From assembly GCA_026645775.1 (NCBI GenBank), contig JAPKMS010000040.1, positions 20,406-84,405 of the forward strand: a stretch of 64,000 nucleotides of DNA, written 5' to 3'. This document shows positions 50,491-60,700 of the stretch, one piece after another. Numbering within the stretch: position 1 is the stretch's first letter; every line of letters starts with the position of its first letter. The notes below the pieces were generated by a model. The model was not told where the DNA came from. It worked only from the letters and a program-made list of their open reading frames with translations, and searched no databases. Source of the DNA: Anaerolineae bacterium (GTDB lineage Bacteria > Chloroflexota > Anaerolineae > CG2-30-64-16). A program made the translations under genes and the position numbers.

Positions 50491-51905
50491 GCCTTCACCA
50501 GCGCCTGTGCGTACAATCCCTGATACCCGCGCGCTTGCTCTTCCGGGCTCAGCCCCTGGTTGATTTCGGCGTCGTACTTGCCGGCCAGCAGCTCGCGGTA
50601 GAACTGGTAGTCCACGCCCCGCACCTTCTCGTCACCGGGGAAGCGATGGTAGTTTTCCTTCGACATCAGGCTCTTGCCCTCGGCGATGAGCTGGAAACCC
50701 AGGGCCGAGCCGGGATAGGGCGCGTAGTAGGAGATCGACGGGAAGACGCGCTTCATCCGCTTGAGCATGCGCATCGTCTTGAACGCGTCCTCGTGCGACT
50801 CGCCCGGGATGCCCAGCATGATGTTGGACCAGAAGCGCGGGGGCTGTTTGCCTTCGCGCGCCATGTCATCGCCGATGCGGTTCAGCAGATCGATGGCGAA
50901 GTTGTTGTCCTCTTCGGTGCATTCCTTGTTCAGGAGCTTGAGGGTGCGGTCGCTGCCCGACTCGAAGCCGATGGAGATCAGGTTCCAGTTGGTCTCCCGC
51001 ACCAGCGCCTCGAAGAGATCGGGCCATTGGCGCACAGTGTCGGCCCGGCCGGCCGCCCAATACGTCCAGCGCTTGTGCGCCTTGCGCGGATACTTGTCGA
51101 TCCACTCCCGCAGCCAGCTCGGATTCTGGAAGAACATCGAGTCATGGATCACGAACGAGCCGACCCCGTACTTGTCATCCAGGTAGTTGAGCTCGTCTAT
51201 CACCGCATCGACCGGTTTGCGGCCCATGTTGGGGACGTAGGAGCTCTCGTTGCAGAACACGCACTGCCATGGGCATACGCGGCTGGTGAGCAAGGTGACG
51301 ACCGGGCCAGGCCCCCAGCCGCACTCCGGCTCCAGCGGCCAGTTAAAGCGGCGGCTGATGCGGCGGCTGGCCGGTTTGGGCCACAGCGTACGGTCGATCA
51401 TGGGCCACTCGGCCATCGACGCGGCGCTCTCGCCGATCACCAGGCGCGGAAACGCGGCGTGATCGTGCACCAGATCCACGATGACCTTCTCGCCCGGCCC
51501 CTGGCAGACGTGGTCGAACTCGGCGATTTCCAGCATTTCGTCCGGCGCAACGGTGGCGTGCATGCCGCCGGCCATCACGATCCCGTGTGGGTTCACCTCT
51601 TTGAAAACCTGCGCGGCCTTGCGGCCCGAGGGGAAGGTGTAGCTTCGCACGTTCATCAGCGCCATCTCGTAGCCGGCAATCTGCCGCTTGAGTTGGTCCC
51701 ACGAAGTGACGGCGCGGGTCGAGACAACATCGGTCAGGGTTCCGTTTTGATGGAGGATGGTGCGGAGGAGCCCCAAGCCATGGTCCTGCCACTGTTCGTG
51801 CGGCCCGTCCGGGTTTACCAGATCGCCCAGGTCACCCAGGTCGATCCAGACGATTTTCGGTTTTTCCTGTTTCCACGGCCAAGCTATACGCATCTTGTAC
51901 ATCAC
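50487..51905 (-). CDS. B12-binding-domain radical SAM protein (class B)
   Basis: CPWQCVFC (CxxxCxxC) cluster and N-terminal Rossmann-like B12-binding-type domain. Confidence 0.8.
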   Translation of the reverse strand: MMYKMRIAWPWKQEKPKIVWIDLGDLGDLVNPDGPHEQWQDHGLGLLRTILHQNGTLTDVVSTRAVTSWDQLKRQIAGYEMALMNVRSYTFPSGRKAAQVFKEVNPHGIVMAGGMHATVAPDEMLEIAEFDHVCQGPGEKVIVDLVHDHAAFPRLVIGESAASMAEWPMIDRTLWPKPASRRISRRFNWPLEPECGWGPGPVVTLLTSRVCPWQCVFCNESSYVPNMGRKPVDAVIDELNYLDDKYGVGSFVIHDSMFFQNPSWLREWIDKYPRKAHKRWTYWAAGRADTVRQWPDLFEALVRETNWNLISIGFESGSDRTLKLLNKECTEEDNNFAIDLLNRIGDDMAREGKQPPRFWSNIMLGIPGESHEDAFKTMRMLKRMKRVFPSISYYAPYPGSALGFQLIAEGKSLMSKENYHRFPGDEKVRGVDYQFYRELLAGKYDAEINQGLSPEEQARGYQGLYAQALVKA

Positions 51906-52029
51906 CTGTAGAGAATTAGGAAGCTATTCTAACCGATTTTGGGGAGATAAGCCAATTTGCCTGCCGCTGAGCTTGCGCGGTTTGACCTTCTGGATTGCTT
52001 CAACTATACTCGCAGCCAGGAGATCTAAG

Positions 52030-52356
52030 ATGGAAACAATCCAGGTAGAAGTATCGTCGGAACTGGCCCAACGGCTGCGGACCTATCCAGATAAGCTCAC
52101 ACAGATCTTAGAAAGGGGACTGCACATCATCGAAGCCGAAGAAAGGCCTGCTGCGACGAGTATTTCCTCTGCACGCCAAAAGACACTTGACGCCTTGCGC
52201 GCCTCCGGGCTGATGCTGGAACTCGATCCCACTCTGGTCAAGCGTTACCGGGCGGGGATAGACAAACCGCGCTGCACGCCCGTCTATGTGAAGGGCAAGC
52301 CCTTAAGCGAGATAATCATAGCAGAGCGCGGGCCGGCATGGGATGACCAGGCATGA
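52030..52356 (+). CDS. antitoxin of VapBC-type pair
   Basis: 109-aa ORF behind CAGGAGATC. It ends in an ATGA overlap with the PIN-domain gene. Confidence 0.55.
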   Translation: METIQVEVSSELAQRLRTYPDKLTQILERGLHIIEAEERPAATSISSARQKTLDALRASGLMLELDPTLVKRYRAGIDKPRCTPVYVKGKPLSEIIIAERGPAWDDQA

Positions 52357-52814
52357 CCACCTACTATCTTGATAGCAGCGCTCTGGTCAAACGTTACGCG
52401 GTAGAGATCGGCACGGCATGGGTGCGGATGCTCTGCGAACAAGCCGATAACGTGATTGCAGTAGCCTTGTTTGGGTTAGCAGAGGTAGCAGCCGCAGTCA
52501 ATGGCAAACTCCGTGGCAAAGCAATTGATTCGGCCACCAGCGACGCAATTCTGAACGACCTTAAGGCTGATGCAGTAGCGCAGTATTCATTGCTGGATGT
52601 TGACCAATTTGTGGTTGATGAGGCAATGGATTTGACCAGCCGACATCGCCTGCGCGGCTATGACGCAATCCATCTTGCCAGCGCCTTGCGTCTCAATCGC
52701 GCGTTGACCGAACTTCAGTTACCCCCGCTCATCCTGGTTTCTGCTGATGGCGATCTTTTGAAGGCGGCGCAGGGTGAGCATCTTGCAATCGAGAACCCCA
52801 ACGAGCATCCCTGA
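52353..52814 (+). CDS. vapC: PIN-domain toxin VapC
   Basis: YYLDSSALVK N-terminal acidic motif and conserved PIN Asp residues. Confidence 0.8.
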   Translation: MTTYYLDSSALVKRYAVEIGTAWVRMLCEQADNVIAVALFGLAEVAAAVNGKLRGKAIDSATSDAILNDLKADAVAQYSLLDVDQFVVDEAMDLTSRHRLRGYDAIHLASALRLNRALTELQLPPLILVSADGDLLKAAQGEHLAIENPNEHP

Positions 52815-52816
52815 CG

Positions 52817-53803
52817 ATGGGTCGAGGCGCGTACGAGCAAAACTATACCCAGCTCAATCTCCCCGAGCTGGCGATCGACGCTGTAGACGCGACGCCAACC
52901 GCGGTCGCGCTGTCTTCTGATTTGACCGGCCCTGGCCCGGCAGCGGTCGATCTGTACTGCGCCGACAACCTGGCGCTGCTCGACGCATTGAGCGGGCCGT
53001 GGGCCGGCACGTTCCAGTTGATCTACCTCGATCCGCCGTTCGGCAGCGGCAAGGTCTACAGCGCCCGCGTCGACGGCGCGCCGGGCCGGGGTGCGCAGCC
53101 GGTGGATGCCTACCGGGACACCCAAGATTTCGATGCCTATCTCGCCTGGCTGGACCGGCGGCTGGCGTTTTGCCGCGACCTGCTGGCGGCCAGCGGCACG
53201 CTGTACGTCCACCTCGACTGGCATGCGGTGCACTATGTCAAAGTGTCGCTGGACCGCCTCTTCGGCCGCGAGCGCTTCCTCAACGAGATCATCTGGTGCT
53301 ACCACGGGCCATCGCCCATCCGTAGCGCGTTCAAGCGCAAACACGACACGATCCTGGTCTACACCCGCTCGGCCGATTATTTCTTCGATGCGGACGCCGT
53401 GCGGGTGCCTTATGATCCAGCGACGGTGAAGACGTTTGCCAGCAGCCCCAAAGCCGGGTTCGGCAAGGCGCCCGATCTAGCGCGCGGCAAGGTGCCGGAG
53501 GACTGGTGGTATTTTCCGGTGGTAGCGCGGATGCACTCCGAGCGCACCGGCTACGAGACACAGAAGCCCGAGGCGCTGCTGGCGCGGATCATCAAGGCGT
53601 CCAGCCGGCCGGGCGATCGGGTAGGCGACTTCTTTGCCGGCGCCGGCACGACCGGCGTGGTCGCCGCGCGGCTGGGGCGTGGTGCGGTGCTGGTTGATCG
53701 GAACCCGGTAGCGGTGGAGAAGAGCCTGCTGCGCCTGGCGCGGCTCGAACCCCGGCCGCAGGTCAGCCTCTGGCGTTATTTTGCCCATCAGGCCCAGGAG
53801 TGA
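52817..53803 (+). CDS. beta-class N4/N6 DNA methyltransferase (orphan)
   Basis: Motif IV DPPF (LIYLDPPFGSG) lies upstream of motif I (FFAGAGTTGVVAARLGRG). No restriction-endonuclease partner is visible. Confidence 0.8.
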   Translation: MGRGAYEQNYTQLNLPELAIDAVDATPTAVALSSDLTGPGPAAVDLYCADNLALLDALSGPWAGTFQLIYLDPPFGSGKVYSARVDGAPGRGAQPVDAYRDTQDFDAYLAWLDRRLAFCRDLLAASGTLYVHLDWHAVHYVKVSLDRLFGRERFLNEIIWCYHGPSPIRSAFKRKHDTILVYTRSADYFFDADAVRVPYDPATVKTFASSPKAGFGKAPDLARGKVPEDWWYFPVVARMHSERTGYETQKPEALLARIIKASSRPGDRVGDFFAGAGTTGVVAARLGRGAVLVDRNPVAVEKSLLRLARLEPRPQVSLWRYFAHQAQE

Positions 53804-54423
53804 AAGCCATGACGAAACAAGCACAGGACAAAATCCCCGGCGGACAACAGCGCGGCGTGGTGGTGATGTTTGATGCCGAGCGTGGGTTCGGGTTCATCCG
53901 TCCGGACGGTGCGAAAGAAGGCGAGGGCAAGGATGTATTCGTTCATGTGCGTAACGTGGTGGGACGCAAGACGCTGCACGCGGGGCAGCGCGCCAGCTAC
54001 TTCGTGACGCGCACTGACAAGGGGCCGGCCGCGATCAACGTGCAGGCCGGTTCGGTGCTCGGCACCCCGTATCTGAAATACAGCTTGATCGGCCTCGGCG
54101 CCGCCTTGATGCTCCTGTTCGGGCTGGCCACGGCGCTCAATCAGCCCGGTTCCCTGGCCCTGTGGCTGGCGCTGTGGGTGGGGGCGCTGAGCCTGGTGAC
54201 GTTCGGCATCTACGGCTACGACAAGGCGCAGGCGCAGGGGGGCGGCCCGCGGGTGCCCGAGGTGGTGTTGCATCTGTTGGGGGCGTTGGGCGGCACGCTG
54301 GGGGCGTTTGCCGCGATGCGGCTGTTCCGACACAAGACCAGCAAGCAACCCTTCGGGGCCATCTTCTGGCTGATCGTGGCCGCGCAGTTTGGCGTGTTGG
54401 CTTGGTGGCTGTTGAACCGGTGA
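53800..54423 (+). CDS. cold-shock domain protein fused to DUF1294 membrane domain
   Basis: GVVVMFDAERGFGFIRPDG CSD RNP motifs. C-terminus GIYGYDKAQAQ...RVPE...HLLGALGGTLGAF. Confidence 0.75.
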   Translation: MKAMTKQAQDKIPGGQQRGVVVMFDAERGFGFIRPDGAKEGEGKDVFVHVRNVVGRKTLHAGQRASYFVTRTDKGPAAINVQAGSVLGTPYLKYSLIGLGAALMLLFGLATALNQPGSLALWLALWVGALSLVTFGIYGYDKAQAQGGGPRVPEVVLHLLGALGGTLGAFAAMRLFRHKTSKQPFGAIFWLIVAAQFGVLAWWLLNR

Positions 54424-54429
54424 ACAGAT

Positions 54430-55215
54430 CTACGCTTCGTACATCCCGCGTAGTTCGTTGCGCTTCACCCGGTAGACCTCGCGTGCCATGTCCATGGATT
54501 CGTGCAAGTAGCGGGCCAGATCGCTCTGCTGGCTTTTCGTATCGCTCACATCTCGGTTCAGCCAGACGACTTCCACCTCTTTGATGGTGTAACCGGCCTT
54601 CTCGAACAGATGGAGCAGCTCGACATCGTAAGCAGAGACCTTCCAGCCCGTGGGCCGGCTCTCCTGCTTGAAGAACTGAAGCTTCGGGAATGCATCCAGG
54701 GCCGCTTCCCGCCGGCAGGTTTTGAAGCCGCATTGTGTGTCGTTGATCCCGCGTAACAGGAACAGGCTCCGCAGCGTGCGAAAGACGAAGCTGCCCAGCT
54801 TGCGGACCACCGAGAAACCCTCCCGGGTCGCGCCGCGGGAGCCGATCACCACCTGAAATCCCGCATCGTACCAGGGCAGCAGCTTGTCCAGCTCTTCGAT
54901 GGGGGTGGACTGATCCATATCGGTGAAAAGGACCACCGCGCCCTGAGCACGCTGAATGCCGGCCCACACCGCGGCTGGTTTTCCCCCGTGAGGAATGTTG
55001 GCCAGTGAGAAGTGGGGCTGTTGCTGGACAAAAGCCTCGATCAGTTGCTGGCTCTCATCGGTGGATTCATCGTTGACGATGATCACTTCCCATGAATACG
55101 TCTGCCGGATGAGATAGTGATATACCTCATAGAGCACCCCCCGTTCGAGATTGCGCGCCTCGTTGTAGCATGGAATCACTACCGAGAGATAGGGAGCCAG
55201 CGACCCAATCGTCAT
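54430..55215 (-). CDS. GT2 glycosyltransferase (polyprenyl-phosphate sugar transferase-like)
   Basis: VVIPCYNE and DxD/ED motifs. Confidence 0.8.
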   Translation of the reverse strand: MTIGSLAPYLSVVIPCYNEARNLERGVLYEVYHYLIRQTYSWEVIIVNDESTDESQQLIEAFVQQQPHFSLANIPHGGKPAAVWAGIQRAQGAVVLFTDMDQSTPIEELDKLLPWYDAGFQVVIGSRGATREGFSVVRKLGSFVFRTLRSLFLLRGINDTQCGFKTCRREAALDAFPKLQFFKQESRPTGWKVSAYDVELLHLFEKAGYTIKEVEVVWLNRDVSDTKSQQSDLARYLHESMDMAREVYRVKRNELRGMYEA

Positions 55216-55226
55216 AACCGATCACC

Positions 55227-56075
55227 TTACATCAGAATCAGCAGCGCCAGGCCGGCCGCGACCGAAGCTCCGGCCGCCGCTGCCAGGAAGTTAACCCAAT
55301 CGTTATTCAGCCAGCGCCGGCCGCGCACCAGGCGGGTGGGTTGGCCGCACCGATGAACGAGGCGCTCGGTTTCAACGTCGCATCGGTCGCACCGGTAGAT
55401 CGCCTGAACCGTCGCGCCCAGCAGGCTGTCGAACAGCGAGCCGGCCAGGCCGCTGAGCGCGGCCACCGGGATCACCACCCAATCGCTCAATAGCCATGCG
55501 CCGGTGGTCCAGCGCGCAGCGATTTGGATCAGGCAGAACCCGACAACGCCGATGGTCGTCGCACCGGCCAGGGCCGCCAGGGTGCCCTCGACGGTGACGC
55601 CGCCCGATGTGCCTACGGGCACCGGCCGGCCGGTTGTCAGCAGCCGCGGCCGGCTGCGCGCCAGCACGCCCAGCTCAGTGGCCCAGGTATCCGCATTTAC
55701 CGCAGCCAGCGCGCCGTAGAAGCCAAATGCCAACGCCGGATAGCTGGCCGAATCTTTGCCGGTCAGGCCGATGGCGAGGGCGATGGCCGCTGCCAGGCCG
55801 CCATTGGCCAGCGTCTGCGCCAGGTCGCGGCGGCTGCCCTTGGAAAACTTTTCGGCCAGGCCGGTTTTTTGGCGGCCGCGGTAGTGCGACAGCAGGCTGG
55901 AGCTGACAAAAAAGGCGATCAAGACCAGCCCGCGCACCCAGCCGCCGAAACCGAAGATCAGCGTGCCGGTGAGCACCGCGCCGAGCACGCCGCTGCGCGA
56001 CAAGGAACGGCGCCAGTACGCCACACCCCCGATAGCAAGGCTGAGGCCCAGGCCGAGCAGGAGCTGTGAAGCCAC
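55227..56075 (-). CDS. DUF92 (TMEM19/TIGR00297) membrane protein
   Basis: Characteristic conserved polytopic pattern. Confidence 0.7.
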   Translation of the reverse strand: MASQLLLGLGLSLAIGGVAYWRRSLSRSGVLGAVLTGTLIFGFGGWVRGLVLIAFFVSSSLLSHYRGRQKTGLAEKFSKGSRRDLAQTLANGGLAAAIALAIGLTGKDSASYPALAFGFYGALAAVNADTWATELGVLARSRPRLLTTGRPVPVGTSGGVTVEGTLAALAGATTIGVVGFCLIQIAARWTTGAWLLSDWVVIPVAALSGLAGSLFDSLLGATVQAIYRCDRCDVETERLVHRCGQPTRLVRGRRWLNNDWVNFLAAAAGASVAAGLALLILM

Positions 56076-56078
56076 GCC

Positions 56079-56975
56079 TTACCACCGCATCAGGTTGAAC
56101 AAAGCTAACCCGGCAATGCCTTGCACGACCATCGCACCGCCCCACAACAGATAGGCCGCCCCGCGCTGGATGCGCCGGTACAGCCAGACGCCGGCGCCGG
56201 TGTTGAACAGCCAGGTCACCAGGCCGATCAGCGGCAGGGCAAAGAGGCCGGACTTCGGCGCAATGCGATCGGGCAGGCCGGAGATGTCGAAGTGCAGCGG
56301 CAGGTCCGACGAAAGGTACGGGAAGCGGAAACACAACACGCCGAACATCACCAATATCCCCAGTAATCCCGCACCCATCAGCACCAACGCGCCGCGATCG
56401 CGCCACAGCGGCCAGGTCCACAGCGGTGGGCGCCGCAATGCGGCCTCAACTGCGCGTGCGGGCCCCAGTGCGACACGTTCCTGCAGCGCCGTCAGAAAGC
56501 CCGGCGCATCTACCGGCGACACGCCATAGCTTTCCCCGGAAGTCACCAGGATGATTTGCTCGGCAAGGGGCCGTGCGGCGTAGGAGTTCACCACCCCTAA
56601 CCCCTCACAAACCAGGCGGCGCCGATCGGGACACGGCCAGTGCCACGGCTTGGACTTGGAGTGTACGCTGGCATCCGAGCCGACGATGAGGCGCTGGATG
56701 CTGCCGATGGGGATGACCTGGCGCGTAGGCCCCCAAACCAGGGTCACGGCATTGCGATCGACCCAGTACTCCAGGTTGAACGTCGCCAGGGTGCGATAGC
56801 CGACGTAACCCATCGCCAGCACGCTGGCCAGCACAAAGACGCCCAGCACAAAGCTCAGACCGGTCACGGGGCGCCCGATCAGCCACGACAGGAGCAAGAG
56901 ATCCAGCAGGCCTACCCCCAGCACGGCAAGCACGCCATACCAGCGTTCCAGACAGGGCAAAGATTTGTAGCTCAC
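56079..56975 (-). CDS. membrane protein with bacterial PH (YdbT-like) domain
   Basis: TM hairpin then a PH-like segment. Tentative. Confidence 0.45.
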   Translation of the reverse strand: MSYKSLPCLERWYGVLAVLGVGLLDLLLLSWLIGRPVTGLSFVLGVFVLASVLAMGYVGYRTLATFNLEYWVDRNAVTLVWGPTRQVIPIGSIQRLIVGSDASVHSKSKPWHWPCPDRRRLVCEGLGVVNSYAARPLAEQIILVTSGESYGVSPVDAPGFLTALQERVALGPARAVEAALRRPPLWTWPLWRDRGALVLMGAGLLGILVMFGVLCFRFPYLSSDLPLHFDISGLPDRIAPKSGLFALPLIGLVTWLFNTGAGVWLYRRIQRGAAYLLWGGAMVVQGIAGLALFNLMRW

Positions 56976-57014
56976 GCAAACTCTCGTAAGTAGATGTGCA
57001 TCACCGACGGTGCA

Positions 57015-57794
57015 TCATTGTAATCCCCATGTGACCAACTCGGCTAATTGGGCCGGATCAGTCATGTCCAGGTTCAAGGGGGTGATCGAAATGTAGCCCT
57101 GCGCCAGCGCGCCGACATCTGTGCCCACCACCGGTTCGCCCGCAGGTGGGTCGCCGCCGATCCAATAATAGGGGCGGCCTTTGGGGTCGAGGCGTTCGAT
57201 TAACACATCCCGGTAGATGCGGCGGCCGAGCCGCGTCAGTTGGATGCCGCGCACCTCGCCGGCCGGCAGCGCCGGAAAGTTGACGTTCAGCAGGACGTCC
57301 TGCGGCAGGCCGTGCGCCAGGACGTGCCGGGCTAGTCGGGCCACCGTGTCGGCGGCAAACGTCAGGTCTCCCGCGCAGCCGGCGCAGATGTCTTGCGATG
57401 CCGCGATAGCCGGCAAACCGAACACCGTGGCTTCCATTGCGGCCGCCAGTGTGCCGGAATAGGTCACGTCATGGCCCAGGTTGACGCCCTGGTTGATGCC
57501 CGAAACGACCAGGTCTAGCGGCTCGGCCACCACGCCCAACAATGCCAGCCCCACGCAGTCCGACGGCGTGCCGGTGGTGGTGATCACGGGTGTGCCATCG
57601 GGCCACGCGCGCCGGTCGATGCGCAGCGGCTTGTGCATGGTCTTGGTGTGGCCGGCAGCCGACCAGTTGTGATCGGGCGCGAAGACCGTCACGCGGCCCA
57701 CGGCCGAGAGTGCGGCCGCCAGCGCCTGCAATGCGGGGGCCTGGTAACCGTCGTCGTTGGTGATGAGGATATGCGGCACGATCACATCCTCCAT
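57015..57794 (-). CDS. surE: 5'/3'-nucleotidase SurE
   Basis: ILITNDDGY N-terminus. Confidence 0.85.
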   Translation of the reverse strand: MEDVIVPHILITNDDGYQAPALQALAAALSAVGRVTVFAPDHNWSAAGHTKTMHKPLRIDRRAWPDGTPVITTTGTPSDCVGLALLGVVAEPLDLVVSGINQGVNLGHDVTYSGTLAAAMEATVFGLPAIAASQDICAGCAGDLTFAADTVARLARHVLAHGLPQDVLLNVNFPALPAGEVRGIQLTRLGRRIYRDVLIERLDPKGRPYYWIGGDPPAGEPVVGTDVGALAQGYISITPLNLDMTDPAQLAELVTWGLQ

Positions 57795-60700
57795 CGCTCA
57801 TCCAACCACGCAACGGCAGGGCGGGCAGGCCAGAGCAGACCGGTCTTCTGCGGCTCCTTCGGCTTATGCATCACCAGGATGCGCACCTTTGCGCTCTCAG
57901 CTTCGTTCCCGGCCTTGTCGAACGCCTTAACGTAGATCGTGTGCGTCTCGGTCAACACGCCCGAGTCGAGGATTTGGCCGAAACCGGATTCGGTGGTGAG
58001 CACCAGACGCTGGCCCTTGGTGCCATCCTTGCGCGTGTACGTTTCTATCTTGGTTTCGCTCTGGACGTATTGTTCCACGGTGACCGTGCCATCGGTGTTG
58101 GTGATGGTCCGTGTGGCTATGATAGGCGGGCCGAGCTTGGGCACTCTGTCGGTCATCTTGATCGTCCAGCGAACGCTGTATGGCGAGACGGTAGCCTCGC
58201 CCAGCTTCTGGCTGTCGAGATAGAACACCACCCGATCCATCTCCCAGTTGTCCTGCGCATCGGCGGTGATGCTGACCAGCTCATCCGTTTCCATTTCGTA
58301 TTTCTGGTCCTTGCCGGGGTGCACAATGCTGACCACAGGCGGGGTGTTATCGACCGCCATCGGCGCTTCGTAAGTCTGGACGTTGCCGCTGTTTTCCATG
58401 ACGACCAGGCGCAGGGTGTAGAGGCCGTCGAAGCCGGTCGTGTCCCATGTTTCCAGCAGGCCATTGCTCACCTGCTCGCCGTGATCGGGGCCGATCTGCC
58501 GCCAATCGTTGGGCGTCTTCTCGGCGGCGACCTCGAGCCTGTAAGCCCGGAAGTCGCCGGAGCGGGCGTTGCCGGTGATCTGCACGCTGCCCTTGACGCG
58601 CGCACCGATGATGGGCGTGCCGATGACGACGTCGCCGACCAACTCGCCGCCGCCGCAGGGGCCATCCACCTCCACCGGCGGCTGGGCCAACCCTCTTTCA
58701 CGCACCCAGTCGGCCGAGCTGGACGGGAAGACCTGGTAGACCACCCGCTGGATCAGCTCCGGTGGGGTGCAGGCTGACGCCCGTTTGCCGTTTTCTCGGT
58801 TGATCTCGAAGGCCTGGTAGACGGTGTCTTGCTGCACCGGCTCGTGGCCCGCCAGGAAGATTTCGGTCGCTGTTTGCGGGCAGTCGGGAGTGGGCAACAT
58901 GCCCGAAGGCACGCACACGCGCACCTTGGTGATCCCTGCCGGCTGCGTCCAACCCTCGGCCGGCAGTCCCTCGACGCCCTTGGCCAGCACCTTGTTGAAG
59001 ATCGGTGCGGCCGTGATGGAGCCATCGGCCAGTTTCATCGATTTATTGTCGCTGTTGCCGGTCCAGACACCCACGGCCAGTTGCGGTGTATAGCCCATGG
59101 TCCAGGCGTCTTTCCACTCATTGGTGGTGCCGGTTTTGGCCGCGACCTGTCGCCCGGGCAAGACCAGGTAATTCGCGTAGCTGCCGAAGGCGACCGCCCG
59201 CGGGGATGGGTCGCTGAGGACATTGTTGAGCATATAGTTTGCGGCAGGCTTGACGGCCTCTTCGGTGCTGGGCGTCGTGAATTCGTGTACCAGCTTGCCA
59301 TCTTTGTCTTCGATTTTGAGGATCACAACCGGGTCGAGCTTGCGATAACCGGGGCGTTGGAGATCCTCCGGGATAGGCTGGCCGGCCATCACACCGCCGT
59401 TCGCAAAGACGCTGAACGCGTAGGTGTGGTCCAGCAGGGAAACCTGGCCGCCGCCCAGGGTCAAGCTGAGACCGTAGGTGTTCAGCTCCCGATCGAGGCT
59501 GCTGACACCGACGCGGCGCGCCGTCTTGATCACATTGGAGATGCCCACCTGATCCATCAGCCAGACAGCCGGGATGTTGTAGGAACGCTGCAAGGCCCAG
59601 CGGAGCATCTGCGGGCCATGGTACTTTCGGTCGTAGTTTTCGGGCACGTAGGGTGGGTTGCCGGGATCGGGGAAGACCGTACGCACGTCCATCACCATGC
59701 TCGAGGGCGCAAACGCGCCGCTTTCGAACGCGGTCAGGTAGGTGTACGGCTTGAACGACGAGCCTGGTTGCCGCGGCGAGGTCGCCATGTTGATCTGCCC
59801 GTCGATGCTCTCATCGAAGTAATCCAGGCTGCCCACCATCACCAGCACCTCGCCGGTGTTGGGCCGGATCGCAACGACCGATGCGTTGGTGACTTCGTGG
59901 TCGAATTTCTGTTTTAACGCCTCGGCGACGGGCGCAAAGGTCGGCAGATCGTTCTGGCACGCCTTCGGCGTTTGCAGGCGCAGCGAGCCGATGTGGCTGC
60001 GCGCCGCACACTCGGCATAGGTCTGCAGATCCCAATCCAGCGTGGTGTAAACCCGCAGCCCGTTCTGCCAGATGTAGTACGGGTCTTCGGGCGTGTTGTA
60101 CTTTTCTTCGAGCTTCTGCAGGACGTAGATGGCGAAGTGCGGCGCATCGGGCGGCACGCCAAAGCGCTCTTCAGCCGATTCCCGGGTGTACTGCCACAGC
60201 GTGCCGGTCAACTTTTTGGCGCTGTCAGCCTCTTCTTGCGTCAGCACATCGGCTTTGACCAATGCGTTCAGTGCACGGGCCGTCGCCGGCCGATCGCCCG
60301 TGGCCACCAGGGGCAAATCAGACTGGCCGAGCAGATTTTTCTCCAATAGCTCCTTCAACAGGGGGGTGTTGAAGTAGCGTTTGGCCGCGTCCGCCTGCTC
60401 TTGGGTCAGATAGCCCGCATCCACCATCGAGGTCAGCACTTTGCGCTGGCGGCGATAGGCATCGTCGGGCGCCTGGAACGGGTTCAGGCCGGGATACTGC
60501 GGGATGGCCGCCAACATAGCGACTTCATCCAGGGTCAGATCGGCGACTGTTTTGTCATAATACACTTTGGCGGCGGCTTCGATGCCGTAAGCCGCGTTGC
60601 CGTAGAAGTTGTAGTTGAGATACCACTCCAGGATCTGGTTTTTGCCTTCGATGCCGGGATATTTGCGCGTGATCTCAATGGCCATGATGGCCTCTTTGAG

